The notes beneath the pieces are model-generated. The model made no database searches. It worked only from the letters and a program-made list of their open reading frames with translations, and had not been told where the DNA came from. From Octopus bimaculoides (Eukaryota), in the NCBI RefSeq assembly GCF_001194135.2, contig NC_069006.1, positions 11,525,401 to 11,589,400 of the forward strand: a stretch of DNA of 64,000 nucleotides, written 5' to 3'. Both the position numbers and the translations under genes were made by a program. Shown here piece after piece: positions 1 through 13,008 of the stretch (position 1 is the stretch's first letter; every line of letters starts with the position of its first letter).

Positions 1-81
1 TACAGTTCATGCCTTTTAGGGAAAAATCAATTTTACATGAACATCTTTCTGAAGGACTTAAAATTTTGTATAGTTAATACT

Positions 82-293
82 TTAACCCTTTAGCATCCAG
101 ATTACTCTGTCATATGTAATGCTTATATATTCATATTATTTGGATTTAATCCTGCATTATCTCATAGCTTCAAGTGATTGTTTGCTTTTAGAGTGATGTT
201 GGGTAGGTGTTGTGAGGACAGATTTGGTCTGTTTTTAAACATAAAACAGAATATTCGAGCTGGACGTGGCCAGTTTAGATGCCAAAGGGTTAA
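82..293. mobile_element. piggyBac-type MITE (TTAA TSD, CCCTTT..AAAGGG ends)
   Basis: TTAACCCTTTAGCAT at 82-96 vs ATGCCAAAGGGTTAA at 279-293 (14/15 inverted match). Confidence 0.85.
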
Positions 294-3200
294 ACTGCAA
301 GCCTTTGTTTTTTTTTTCCCCTCTCTAAACACGTTTTGCCAACATGCTGTTACATTTAGATTAGTGAAGTTGTGATGGGCATGGTGTAGAAAATATGTGG
401 CAGGCACGTGACTGAAACAAATAAAAAAAATAAAAAACTAGATGGTAAGTGGTCTGTGCTGTACATGGATTCTTAGCTGATCTCTACAATAATTCACATT
501 AGTTGGTAGGTGGTTTATACTGCTAACTCTTGGTGCATCTGTACAGTACTATACTTTAGATGTCGATCCTTCAAGCAAGGGTGGTCTTAATGTATGTTAT
601 CTCCTGGTCTGATGCCTTTCTTTAAGGGCTCTCTTCCCATGGACAGTTTTCCTCCCTGTCTGCCAGATGTTAAGCATTGTTAATGCCTATCTTCCCTTTA
701 TCCAAATCGTTTACATCAATTTGGGATGGGGGTTTTTTTCTTTCTCCACTTTACTGTTCTTAAAGTCACAAACATGTATGGTATCCTTGAAGGATACACA
801 TAGCCATACCAGGGCAACAGTCATTTCTAAATTAAGTAATGGTCCCCTTGTAAAAGTTGGTTGGTTGAATGTGCTTAAACTGCTGATAATCCTTGATACT
901 TGAATGTATCCATGTAAAAATCACTCTGGAGGGTAATGTCCCTGTCTCTACCATCGGACCATACAGATGTGGATTTTGTGTAATGGGCTCAGCTGTAGTC
1001 AAATACGTCTATATTTCAAACAGCTATTGCTTTCAATCCCATTTAATGGTATTCCAAAGACCAGGGCTACTCTGTTTGAGAAAGGTGTGGTATGCAGGCT
1101 TACCTTGTGTGTGTGTGTGTTTCTCCTTATCTTGTCTGCCATGAGTAGGAACTTATTCTGATTTCCATGGTGTATAAGTTACAAAGAGAACAATACTAAC
1201 CTCTGAATAGGGCTCTAGGGGAAGACTCCCGGTTTCCCCTTGCTATTACTTGTGCTCATTTTCAGCTGAGTGTTCTGCAGCAATATAAAATGAAATGTTT
1301 GCTCAAGGTCACAACATGCTGATCATATAAGATTGTGAATCCACTTTGGTCACTAGGCCAACTATTTTCTACATACATTTATAATAATTTGACAAATGGT
1401 AAATATAGATCCTTTGTTGAGATTGATTATTATATTGGGGATGAATCATGAAATATCGAAGTTTTTGACATACATCTATGCCTGATATTATTCCTCTATC
1501 TCTTCATAATATCAGTGACCAGGTCATAGGTTTACATATATAAGACTGCTATAAAGGTTAAAAGAAGAGAATTATATAACAGTATGCATGTGTATTTGAT
1601 ATTGCTATTCTGACTTTCTCATGATGTTAAATAATAGATATATATATAAACACACACATACACATGTATCGTGTGTGTATATGTATAGTACATTGATGTA
1701 CCTTTCTTCCTCTCTGGGTCGATTGAATAAGTACCAGTGAGTACTGGGATCAATGTAATTGACTTACTCCCACCTTCGAAATTGCTGGCCTTTGTGGTGG
1801 TAGCTTTGCAGCACATTGGTCTTGGTTTTGATCCTGTTGCACAGCTGTTTCATTGGCTAAGTTTTGTACCATAGTCTTTGGTTGGCAAAAAACCTTGAGT
1901 GAAATTTTGTAAATGGACACTGCAGAAGCCTGTTGTGCCTGTGTAGTAGTGGGAGCCTTTGAAGGCAGTGTCCCAGTATGGTCGTAGTTCACTGACTGAG
2001 ACCAGTGGAAGTATAACATCTCAAATCTGGATAAATAAATAAATATGAATTTAAATAGAAATATTATTTTGCTGCAAATAACTGGTATAGCTCTACTTGG
2101 GTTACATAGGTGATTAGGTTTGTGTTTTGATATAGGGCGAAAGATAGACATCATTCAGTCAGTATATCATGATTTTTCATGTTGTATGAATGGCTGAGTA
2201 AAGTGCAGACTGTGATATGGCAGCATAACTACACTTAATAAGTGGTCTTTGATTTACCAACATATTTTGAAGTGAAGTGTGTGTGTGTGACCTGACCTGT
2301 TATTTAGGCATCGTTGTCCTATGATCAGATCTACTTTTCATTTGGTTCATCACAAAGGTAAGTTTTATCTCTTGGAATATCTTCAGATAATAATAGGGTT
2401 GTGATTCTTCTTATACACCTATTTTGCCATTCTTTTATTTACACGAATAGGGGTATGTGTGTGTGTGCGTGCAACATATGCATGTGAATATATGTAAGAA
2501 TATGTAATATATGTATTAAACTTGGATGGTTTACTTCTGCCATTGTGCAGAATTGGAATATAGTTGAGGAAAATGGTATAGGAGCCTCTCATATGCATAT
2601 ATGGGTGAAGTAGTTTAAGTTATTGGGCTGCTGCCATGCTGTAGTTATGTATGGTACACTGAAGTGGTTGCTGTTGGAAGAGAAACCAGCTGTGGAATCC
2701 ATGTCCGATATGGTCCCCGACCCATCTAGGAAAGCAGTGACTCCTTAGTAAGTGCTGAGTTGAATTGTGACAGTCTGTCCAACCAATACCAGCATGGGAA
2801 AGTGGTGGTGATGGGTGACTTTTCTCTATCGACTGAGGCACTATTTGAACTTGTTCCATTATGATCCTAGTGACGCCCCCCCCCCTCACCTTCTCAATGA
2901 TGGAATGTTGTAAATGAGTTTATAAGTAGAATAGGCATGTAATAACATCTAATTATTATTTGAGAGATAACATTATCTTGTCACTTGGTAAATGTCTTTA
3001 CCTTTCATAACAACTATTTTGCTAGATATTTGTGTGACCTAAATGTGCAATTAACTCTGGGGGAAGTTTATAGCTGTTGAAAATTGATACATTAATTACA
3101 TTCTCGTTTAATAGAATGTAGATATTGAAGGGAGTTGTGTGATTTTAAGTGTCTTTGACCTGTCTGGTTTTATGGTTTAAGGATTTAATTTGTGGAAATG

Positions 3201-3701
3201 CATTTAAGTGTTCGTTTTTAAAATCTGGTTTTGTAATATGATGTATAATTGTAAACTTTGATCTTAAGAAGTGAAATCTTAACGTATTATATAATAAAGA
3301 ATATAGAAGAACTGAATAAGTCTGCTCTAGAAAACTTGGTGGGACTTTAATTTAAGTGACATAGTGTGTTAATATTTACATATTGCCTAAGGTCAGTTTC
3401 TGCTAGAGTCAACTTAGCCTTTCATCCTCTCTGGGTCGATTGAATAAGTACCAGTAGGTACTGGGATCAATATAATTGACTTACTCCCACCTTGAAATTG
3501 CTGGCCTTGTGCCAAAATTTGAAATCAATTTTTAGACATTGTGTTCATGATGGCAGTCTCATTTACGATGATACTAGTTGTACCCCGTGAAAATTCCATG
3601 GTTATTTTGTAAATTGTAAGATAACACTTATTGCTGATCCCTTCAATAAACACATTCTCTTTCTCTCCTTTTTCTTTCAACTATAACCACATTTCCCACA
3701 T

Positions 3702-3702
3702 A

Positions 3703-3767
<65 letters not shown>
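3702..3767. repeat. Compound (TA)n(CA)n microsatellite; similar tracts at about 4476-4526, 6170-6212, 24320-24440, 34020-34280, 34615-34852, 44520-44610, 45940-46010, 46810-46850, 51340-51400, 61890-61990
   Basis: Directly visible dinucleotide runs. They explain most YIYI/HTHT/CVCV ORFs. Confidence 0.95.
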
Positions 3768-3770
<3 letters not shown>

Positions 3771-4039
3771 TGTATATGTGCATACACGTATGCAGTTTTC
3801 TCTGCTTCTTTCTCTCACTTTTCTTTCACTCCCGCTCCCCCCAACTAACTAAAGTGTAACTTGTAAAGGAACAATCAGAATTATAATATAGATGTGACAG
3901 GTGTGTTTATGACTCATTTTTGTGGCATGTTGATTGTAACATCAATAATGAGTAATTAACTTGTGAGAAAACTTAGTTTCTGTTTTTGGGAAGCGCTTTT
4001 AGGAGATATTATTTAAATAGGAATTCGATTTTTCCTCAT

Positions 4040-4292
4040 GCTGGGGTCACATCAAAAGCACTCGTGTTGGTGCCATGTAGGATGCACTTATGCCCATGTC
4101 ATGTAAGAGTATCCGTGCCAGTGCCATATAAAAGGCATCGAGTACACTGTAAAGTGGTTGGCATTAGGAAGGGCATTTCAGCTGTAGAAACCATGCCAAA
4201 AGAGACAACTGGAGCCTGAGCAGCTCTCTGGCTGGCCAGCTCCTGGCAAACCATCCAACCCATGCCAGCATGGAAAATGAAGATGATGATGA
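4040..4292 (+). mobile_element. RTE-type 3' UTR fragment with (GAT)n tail (similar at about 2640-2820, 18030-18180, 27190-27345, 41230-41425, 46670-46800, 59530-59725)
   Basis: Shared GTACACTGTAAAGTGGTTGGCATTAGGAAGGGCAT..CAGCTGTAGAAACC..CCATCCAACCCATGCCAGCATGGAAAA..GATGATGAT. Confidence 0.75.
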
Positions 4293-4474
4293 ATTAGTCT
4301 TTGGATTACAGGCAGTAATATGTGCAGGCATTGCTGTTTTGTTGAGTTTACTTTGTAATGATGTTTCGGGTTCAGTCCCACTGTACAGCACCATGGGCAA
4401 GTGTCTTCTACTGTAGTTCCTGGTTGGTCAGTGCCTTGTGAGTGAACTTAGATTGAGTTTGTATGGAAGCCTAT

Positions 4475-4533
<59 letters not shown>

Positions 4534-5760
4534 ATTTTTGATCCAAGAAGATGAAGATGGAATGAACAGCCTTTAATACAAATCACAGCAGTTCTGTGCA
4601 TTAGCAATAGCTGTTTGTTGCCAAGTTTTCCATATTATACATATTACATATCTGTATACTCACCTGCTAATATGTAGGTACACAGCTATTGCTGGATCAT
4701 ATTTGTATAATATGGAAAACTCAGCAACTAACAGTTGATACTAATGCACAGAAACAATTGTTGTGACTTGTATTAAAGCCTGTTCGTTCCATCATCCCTG
4801 TATTATGAATTTTTGGCATGGATTAAGAGCGTGAGAAGCACTGCTACTGGTGATGTAGGTAAGACTTCGTTTTGGATTAAAGTCACTTCTCTCCTGTCTC
4901 TGCTGATATTAAGTTAAACATTCTTGTGTGGCTAAGAATGCCATTAAGAAGTTCACTGTCTGGCGAAAAAGGTCGAGAGAGTAGGTATAAGTACCAGGTT
5001 TTAAAAATGCATGCTGGGGTTGATTTGTTCAGTTAAGCCCTTCAAAGTGGGGCCCCAGTATGGCCATGGACCAATGACAATGAACTGTAAGATAAAAGAT
5101 GCAAATATAGTAATAGGCGAAGAGCTGGTCTGTCAGTGTAAAATGATGGTAATGACAAAGGCAATTTTATTTCTAGAAGAAAGCTAAAGAAAGCTTATGC
5201 TTTGAAATAGTTTTGGTGTGTGTTATATGTCTGGCATTTAGCTTGTCAGGGTATTGTTGTTTAGCCTATTGTTATCGAGAGGTCTAGATACTACAAAATG
5301 CAGTGTGTTCATTAATGTGTGAACTCCAGGAAATTTCCAGCAGATTGAGCAGCTGCTTACAGGCTCCTCCATTGGCTTATTTTAACTTGTGTAATGGAGA
5401 AAGGTCTGTGTTAATGGAGGTAGTCCTGGTTTTATCCGGTATGTTGTATATAATTGATGAGTGGAGTTAACCTGGTCATCAGATATCTTGGAATGATAGT
5501 GATAGTACTCAAGGTTAGCCCTGTCAAGCAAACCCATAGTCAAAAGTGTCCTTACTGTGAACATTGTCTTTTTGGTATGTTCAATGTGTCCTTTCTTTTT
5601 AACAGAGTTGAATGTAATTTGACAGGTTTAACTGTTATTTGTACCAAATTCAATAACTGAGTGCTTAGGGCCTTGTGTTGTGTGTATTCATATTTAGTTA
5701 CTATAATTTGTTCATCACTATCTGAACAATAATTGGTGGGGAGATATTTTTTTTTTGGTG

Positions 5761-5888
5761 TTCTGGTTGAGGAGCTGGTTTACTCTAGTTGGTTCTGGTT
5801 GAGGAGCTGGTTTATTCCAGTTGGTTCTGGTTGAGGAGCTGGTTTACTCTAGTTGGTTCTGGTTGAGGAGCTAGTTTGCTCTAGTTGG
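5761..5888. repeat. Minisatellite, 4 x 32 bp (TTCTGGTTGAGGAGCTGGTTTACTCTAGTTGG)
   Basis: Units start at 5761, 5793, 5825 and 5857 with 0-3 mismatches. Confidence 0.95.
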
Positions 5889-6179
5889 ATCTCAGATTTG
5901 GCACAGTTCTTAACCCTTATGTCTAATGGCTCTAACATATTTTAAATATGAGGTTGTAGATAAGTATTTTGTTGGTAGCTGATAGGTTGTCATATATAAT
6001 GGTGATGCCCAAAAATGATTTGTAGACTAAACTTGGAGTGATTTCCATATTTGATTTTGTAGCTTTTACTCTACAAAAATTTAAGAGTTTTCTTATACTT
6101 TAATTTAGTCTTTGAAGAGGAAGGCATTTTTTAAATATTTATATAGGCTTTTTTTTTGCTTTGGATTGTGTGTTGTGTG

Positions 6180-6211
<32 letters not shown>

Positions 6212-7479
6212 TGAATGCGCAAGTGTAGGCCTAATTGTTTGGCTTCCCGTCCACTGCATAGCACTTTGGATAAGTATTCTATAGCTCCCGGTCAACTGAA
6301 TTTTTCTAAATAGATTTGGTAGATACAAACAGAATGAAGCCTGTTTATATGTTTGTGCTGCTGTTTTCTTGTCTTGATATCAAGTGATGGTTGTAAGCTA
6401 GCTTCCATTATTCAAGCTGTGTCATTCATTTCCAGTCTTCCATGGAAATGTGTCCAGCCAGGGAAATATAACAGGTGAGGGTTGGTAAACAGCAAGTGCA
6501 TTTGGCTGTAGATCTGACTCATGCAAGGCCAGAAAAGTTGGTATTGAAATTATGTATATTATATATATATATATATATATTTATACATACACATACACAC
6601 ACACACATCTTCGAAGATAATTAGTGTGGAAAATTTTCATCTTAGTAACAGCTTTCACTTTAAACATTAGATATTTAAAATTGTTTTCGTACAATGAGAT
6701 AGATTATTGGGGAGAATATTTTTGTCTTTTTTTTTTTTTCCTGTATTTTCTCTTCCCGCACCAATTTTGTCAAATTATATAACTTCTTTTGCTAAAACTA
6801 GATGCTCGTAGAACCTAAGATGCTGGTTAATTAAAAGAATGTATTCAGGTGTGGGTTTTTATATAAACATGATTTTCATAAAATATTCATGTTGAACAAC
6901 ACATTTTAATTCTAAGAGGGACTATTTTGGTCTTTAGTCTGTCTGCTAGTTAATGTTATTTGAATAAATAATAGGATTGTAAGACATTGAGTAAATGATC
7001 GAGGGTAACAATAATTTTTCACATTACTTTTTTTGGGATAAGGTTAACAATTTAAGTTTGGTTCTCTATACTAGCTGCAGATAATCATCATGGTGATATA
7101 TAATGTCACTGTTTTAAACATCATAGTCAAATAAACTGGTGTCTTGTTTATTTATCATCCTTTGATGCTGTTCAAAATTGACAAAGTCCTAGTGCTCTTA
7201 AATAACAATAACAGCTTTGATTTTTATTCTGCCAGATTCCACATACAATCAGTTATTGCTGTCAGTTATTGCTGCTATCAGGAAGGGCAGTTAACCATTG
7301 TTTGATCTGTTGACGCCATATAACCACCTGTTGTATCATAGGCATACTTTGATTCTTTTGTTACCCTGTTTCTTTTGAAATATGTTTGAATTAATTTTTA
7401 AAATAATGAAGAATTTAGTAAAGTAGCTCATTATTATTAAGCTGGTATTAAAAGCAAGGAATGTTAATGGAAGATTTTA

Positions 7480-8500
7480 ATCAAAACCATTTTAAGACAG
7501 GCGAACTAGGACGTGGGGCTCAAGTGAGTTGTTGATTTTGTCCCCTTGGCATTTTGATAATATGGAATCAGAGATATAATGTCTCTTATCAAGCTGGGTT
7601 TTTTTACTGTAAGATTCTCGTAGGTCTCTCTTTCATCTTTAATTCTAGTTTGAGGAAGGGTGGTTGTGCTTAGCCTTTCCACTTAGTCTCCTGTGCTGAG
7701 TATAGGACCACGTGGATACTATGAATTTTTGAAGGTCACTGACTTGGAAAGTTTGAAATCCAAAGTGAGATCAGCAGAGACGAATAGAGACTTAATAATT
7801 ATTACTTCATCTGATATAGTCCTTTTAATGGTAGTTGGTTGTGTGTGTGGTGGAACTACAACAGTGTAGAATGAGCAGTTTATGGGAGGTGGAGGCAATA
7901 GCATTAGCTTTGATAAGGTAACAGTTTTTATGGAGCTTTGGCTGTGTGGATTCATGGTCGTATGCTTAAAGGCCTACATATTCTGTTTTCCTGACTGACT
8001 CCTGATTGCAGCCCCTGGTCGTGTTGTGTTTAAAATAACAATTGTATTAATGTTTATAGGTGTTCATAATTAAAAACAACTCAACACAGTATGGTATTCA
8101 GTTTGTGGTGCTGGTTAGCACAGATCAACTTTGATTGAAGTCACCTTTGGTCAAAGATGTTCCAACCATGTCTTTTGAGCATTGCATATCTGGGACTAAA
8201 TTGTCCAATTTGGTCGGGCTTTTTCAGGCCTGTAGGATGCAGTCTGAGAGGGATTTGGCTGCTATTCTTTGCATGTCATATTTGATGTCACTGGTGTTCA
8301 GCCTTGGGTCAAACTTGAGTTGACCTGTAACCGAATGTAATCCAGTATCTTCTAGGAGACTTTGCTGTCATTTCTAGCAGATTGAGCAACTATGGAGTAT
8401 GTATGCTTCTGGTTTGTCTCTGGGGCTTACATTGAATAAACTTGCTGGAATGACAAGTGGAGAAACTTTATACATGTCCTGATTACATAACATTATTTTT
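7480..8500 (-). mobile_element. Heavily decayed LINE fragment (endonuclease region)
   Basis: The - strand gives DMVGTSLTKGDFNQ (GDFN motif) near 8130-8175. The rest is stop-ridden; boundaries uncertain. Confidence 0.35.
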
Positions 8501-8689
8501 GAAATTCTCTGACAGCTAAAGAGTTATCAGACAGTGAATGTTGCATTGACAGCAGTGTTTAATCTGTTGATGTGTGTGTTGTGGATGGAGTGGTAGCCCA
8601 TGTAAAACCTTTTTTTTACTATATTTCTCTTGAAAAACACTGGGTTTTTTTTATTTTTTTCTCAGTATGTAGCAAAATAAATTGGTCCT

Positions 8690-9010
8690 TATTTAAGCTG
8701 GTGTTTGAAAAATCAATTTTTGATGGAAGGTTTTAGTTAAGTTCACTTTAAAACAGGAAGCTTGTATTATAAGATTACAGGCAGGTTGGTATCGAAAAGT
8801 GTTAAGTATTCTAACTCAAAGGTGTAAGGTTTTCTTAATTTGGAAATTATATTAAATCTTTTGTTGTTGAAATAGAATGCCTTCCTTTCAACCTTAAGAA
8901 TTATGAATACCTCAAATTTTCTGGAAGGTTTTAATTTAGATCACTTGAAAACAAGGTTTGTATCATGGAACTAGGGGCTATTTCAAGTGGGTTGGTATCA
9001 AAAAGGTTAT
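8690..9010. mobile_element. Two partial copies of the same piggyBac-type MITE family as 54852-55017 (another at about 53930-54062)
   Basis: Shared block GGAAGGTTTT..TTCACTTTAAAACAGGAAG..GTATCA..GGTTGGTATC.AAAAG.GTTA. Confidence 0.65.
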
Positions 9011-10319
9011 GTTAATTATTAGGCAGTAAATACTATAATGGAAATTTGCTTTGTGACTATCTTTAGTTTGATTGGCCTATTAATGTTAATATAATTATTG
9101 TAGTAGTGTTGGCCATGTCACTGGAACCTCTCTGAAATATTGACATAATAAATGAAAAGTAATGGTCTAATAACATTTTATACTGAAATGGTTTGGGATG
9201 GAAAGTAATGTAAGATACATGATGCCGCCCTCTTTAGGCTAATTAACACATTAATGATGCAAATTTGATGAAATATATGTAGTGGTGCTGCCTTCCTAAT
9301 GTCATAAATCTCCTCATATCTACCCTATGCAGATTAGGTGTCTTATTCTTGACTGTGTATGTAGCTCCTGACTGGATTAGAAATAGGAATTTTTATATCT
9401 AGTGACAATTGTTTGCTCCACTGAGGCTGCTGATGTATGTATGCTTCAGATGTTAATAATGTCGTAATCCGTAATCTTTATTAATTAACATGACCTTGAA
9501 GTGATATCTATTTCTTTGTCTTGTTCAGTCACTTAGTAGGCGTCAATGTGTAATCTTTAGTTGAGGAGGCAGGTGTTGGTTCACCAGCATATTTCAGTTC
9601 TTTTGGTGTTTTTCCATGCTTCATCTGTGGAATGTAGCCCCTTCCCCCACCTAAATGCTATTTTAATAATTATTACTTCATCTGATATAGTCCTTTTAAT
9701 ACAGGGTCTTGCGGGGGAACTATGTGTAGACATTGTTGGCAAGTATAGCATATGACTAATCTTTATTGTCTAAATGTATAAGCATAACTAATGGCACATA
9801 AATCAGTCAGCCTTGCAAATGTTGTATGAATACTTTGCTATTGTTTCATACACATATTTAGAACTTGGCATGGAAAGTCTACGTTGCACCATGGATTGAC
9901 ATATTAGTGTCCCTTCCTGGTGAACAGCTGTTTTTAGTTTCATGGAAATTGTCAATAAACTGAAAGGTCAGCCAATCGAGTGATCCATGGCACTTCATTT
10001 CTTCACATTTTAAAATAATGCTTTCTTGGCACAAGACTGGCAATTTTGAAGCAAATGGAATGACTAATCAATCCCATCAACCTCCAGTACTTCACTAATG
10101 GTTCATTATGTTAAAACCATAAGAATGAAGGGCAGAGTTGATTTCTGATGGGATTTGAACTCAGAATGTAAAGAATTGGAGTGTTTACTGCTCAGCAGCT
10201 TTTCTGGTGTTGTAACAATTCTGCCACTCTACCAGCCTGGGTTCTTTAATGATTATGTCAATGGAAACTGTCATTCTGCAAGTGGCCAATTTTTGTTGAA
10301 CCCCCTCCCCTTTATCGAG

Positions 10320-11150
10320 GCATCAGCCAAGCCAGTCAGGCTGATTGCCTGGGCCAGCCTGATTACCTCTCCATCCATCCTGATCTTCGATTTGTGCTTT
10401 TAGGTCTTCAACTTGGCATCCAACATCTTTTGCAAGCTGTTTTGTATGCGTCTTCTGTGGTAGCACAATTTGGTGTCCACAGCAACATTACTTACAAGTT
10501 CTTTACTTCTCCAGCAGTGGCCAGCAAACCTCAATCTCCACTCTTGGATGGTTGATAAGAGAGTTGCTACATTCCCATATAACCATTGTTTTGTTTCATC
10601 CGATTTCTGGGAAAATGAAGTTACTGCTCAAACACGCAGTAAATTAGAATTCACAGTTACTGCATGTTCTCTCTCTTCAAAGAACTATGGGGACCTAACA
10701 TTGCTAAGTTTTATACATAGCACAACATACAGTGAAGGGGACTCGTTCAATTTTCTGTGGATTGCTCTGTGATTTATAGCAAAAGCTTTACCATTTCACA
10801 TTGTCATTCATGAAATGAACAATGCCACCATTTATGTCAACAGCATGTTTTCAGGTTTTCTTGCACAGTCCTATTGTTTTTAGGATGAAATTTACATCAG
10901 GGTGTATTTCAATCTGAGATAATGTCTAGTACTGTGCTCATGTGTTGTAGACTTTGAAATGATGTATTTTATGACATCTCTGTCTCATTTTTTTCCATAA
11001 AGGCTTACATGAAAATGCAGATAGAAATGTTTCTGCACTGAGTGACTGAATTGAGATATCTACAAAAACGTTTCCATCACCAAAACCTGTTACATGTGCC
11101 ACAAAACACCTGACCATTCCCTTTACCGTCAAAGTATAGTCATTTAAAAA
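10320..11150 (-). mobile_element. Decayed RTE-clade LINE fragment (RT C-terminal half)
   Basis: The - strand reads LYGNVATLLSTIQEWRLRFAGHCWRSKELVSNV/LLWTP, matching the RTE motif RLRFAGHCWRSK..LLWTP. Boundaries approximate. Confidence 0.75.
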
Positions 11151-12887
11151 TCATACCAGTTTTCTCCCAGGCCTGCCTATATAGATCTGAATTTTGTTGT
11201 TTTTAACATCTATTCTAGCACAATTTTCAAGTTTGTTGATTATTGCTATCTGATTGTCATTGTTAACTCCCCCGCACACACCTGATTTATAGTAGATGAA
11301 ACTCGTCAAAAGAGCTCATTTAGATGTTTAAAATTTCATGATCTGCAGTTATAATTTTATTAGTGTTCAGTGAGTAATTAACAAATATTGAAGCCTTAAT
11401 CTAAAACTCATCAAACATAATAAGGTGCTGCTATTGAGGAGTATAGATTGTTTTAGTCATTTATAATTCTTAAATATTGGATTGGTTTAACTAATATATT
11501 CAGTTTATTTCATGCAATATTTCCACTTGAGTTAACATGTAAAATTAACGTATTTTTCAACTCTTTCTTTTAATTGATATCATTTAATTACTTTTAATTA
11601 CTAGCAAGAATTTTTATAATTGAAACTGATTTGTTTGTTGGTCCAGTTTGTGGAAATATTGTCAATCCAGTTTAGTTAGAATTGTTTGTAGGTGTGCAGT
11701 TCTTGCTTTCATTTGATCGCAGAATTGTAAATTTGTAAACAAAAGAACCAGTCTCCATATTTCAGTCAAGTAAACATCTAAAGCACTGTTCAACTTGTAC
11801 TGAAACGTTCTCTAGAACCTGCTGGAAAAACTTACCATTACCAGTGAATTTGGCAGACATTTGCAAATGTTCACACTTGTTGCTTCCCGAACTCCTCAGG
11901 GTGAGTTGAATTTTTCTGATTTTCTCATAATCTAAACGTTTATTATCTTCTGCTAGTTTTGACAGTTTCTGAGAGAAGATGGTTCTTTCCTTTGATTGTC
12001 ATAACTGCATTGTTCTTTTTATTATTTCTATTTTTTTTCCTTTTGGTTTAACTTTGTCTTTGAGAATCTTCTGGTATCTGAAATGGTAGAGTAATTCCTT
12101 AAATGTTTCTCTCTCTCTCTCTCTGCTCCTTTTAATTTTTTTTTTATAACAATTACTGATGCCATTGCATTTCTTCAGGAATTTTTTCTTATATTCTATA
12201 AACAAGAGAAAAGGATGGAAGCATTCTTTATGAGGGTTAGAAGGAATGGACATTGAGAACACCCTGAACATTTGCTGTTCATCGAATGGATTTAACCAGA
12301 ATGTCTGTAAAAAGTTTTCTCATAATATTGTATATTTGGTGAAATATCCTTTCAGTCATAGTAATCGGGTAGCCGAGAATATATTGTATTATTTTAAGGT
12401 TGATTCATTTCTTTTATACTTTTGCATTTGTAACATTTAATGTTTTTACAATTCTGCAAGTTGTGAAATACTTTGTTATTGTTTTGTCTAAATACAGTCT
12501 GATGATGGTTTTGTTTTATTGAGGTAGTTAGAATGGAACCTTACTGCTTCTCCAGCCAATTTTGCTCCTATGTCTGTAACACTTTACACATATCTCTAAC
12601 TATAAATTCCTCTTGACAATTAAGATAGAGATGTATTCTTCTAGACTACAATGATTTAGTTTTGTGAAAGTGTCTCCATGTTTTCTGTTCAATGGCAACA
12701 CAGCTGTTGCTCAGCCTCTCTCATCTCAACCAACCACAACCCTTATCAGTTAAATGTGATTCCAGTTCTTCTAGTCAAAGTCCTATACTTTTTTGAGATG
12801 CTATTGCAAGGATGCAGCAGCCTTTTTTTTTTTTTTTTTTTTTTTTTTTGACACATATCCGCAGTGTGGTAATCCTTGTACTTGCAG

Positions 12888-13008
12888 GACAATCCATCCC
12901 ATGGTGCTTGACCAGAATTATATCAATTTAAAGAATCAAGTTATCAAGGCTGAACGGAGGGTTCTCAAAGAGTTGGGCTTTTGTGTTCATTTCAAATATC
13001 CACACAAG
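12888..13008 (+). CDS. CCNL1: Cyclin L internal exon A ([40 protein letters not shown])
   Basis: ttgcag|G acceptor, AAG|gtgagt donor, 121 nt (phase 2 to 0). Peptide matches the cyclin L motif [28 protein letters not shown]. The symbol denotes the cyclin L family; CCNL1 vs CCNL2 cannot be distinguished. Confidence 0.95.

Noticed and set aside
3631-3852. ORFs rich in YIYI/HTHT/CVCV (many across the window)
   Set aside because: Translations of (TA)n/(CA)n microsatellites.
5761-5888. CRISPR-like 32-bp periodicity
   Set aside because: Units are contiguous with no unique spacers, in eukaryotic DNA: a minisatellite.
1-12887. N-terminal cyclin L exons (..LRLPQ, VAMATGQ.., ..ASKIEEAPRR..)
   Set aside because: Searched by eye and not found, so they are presumably upstream of the window. 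A manual miss is possible.
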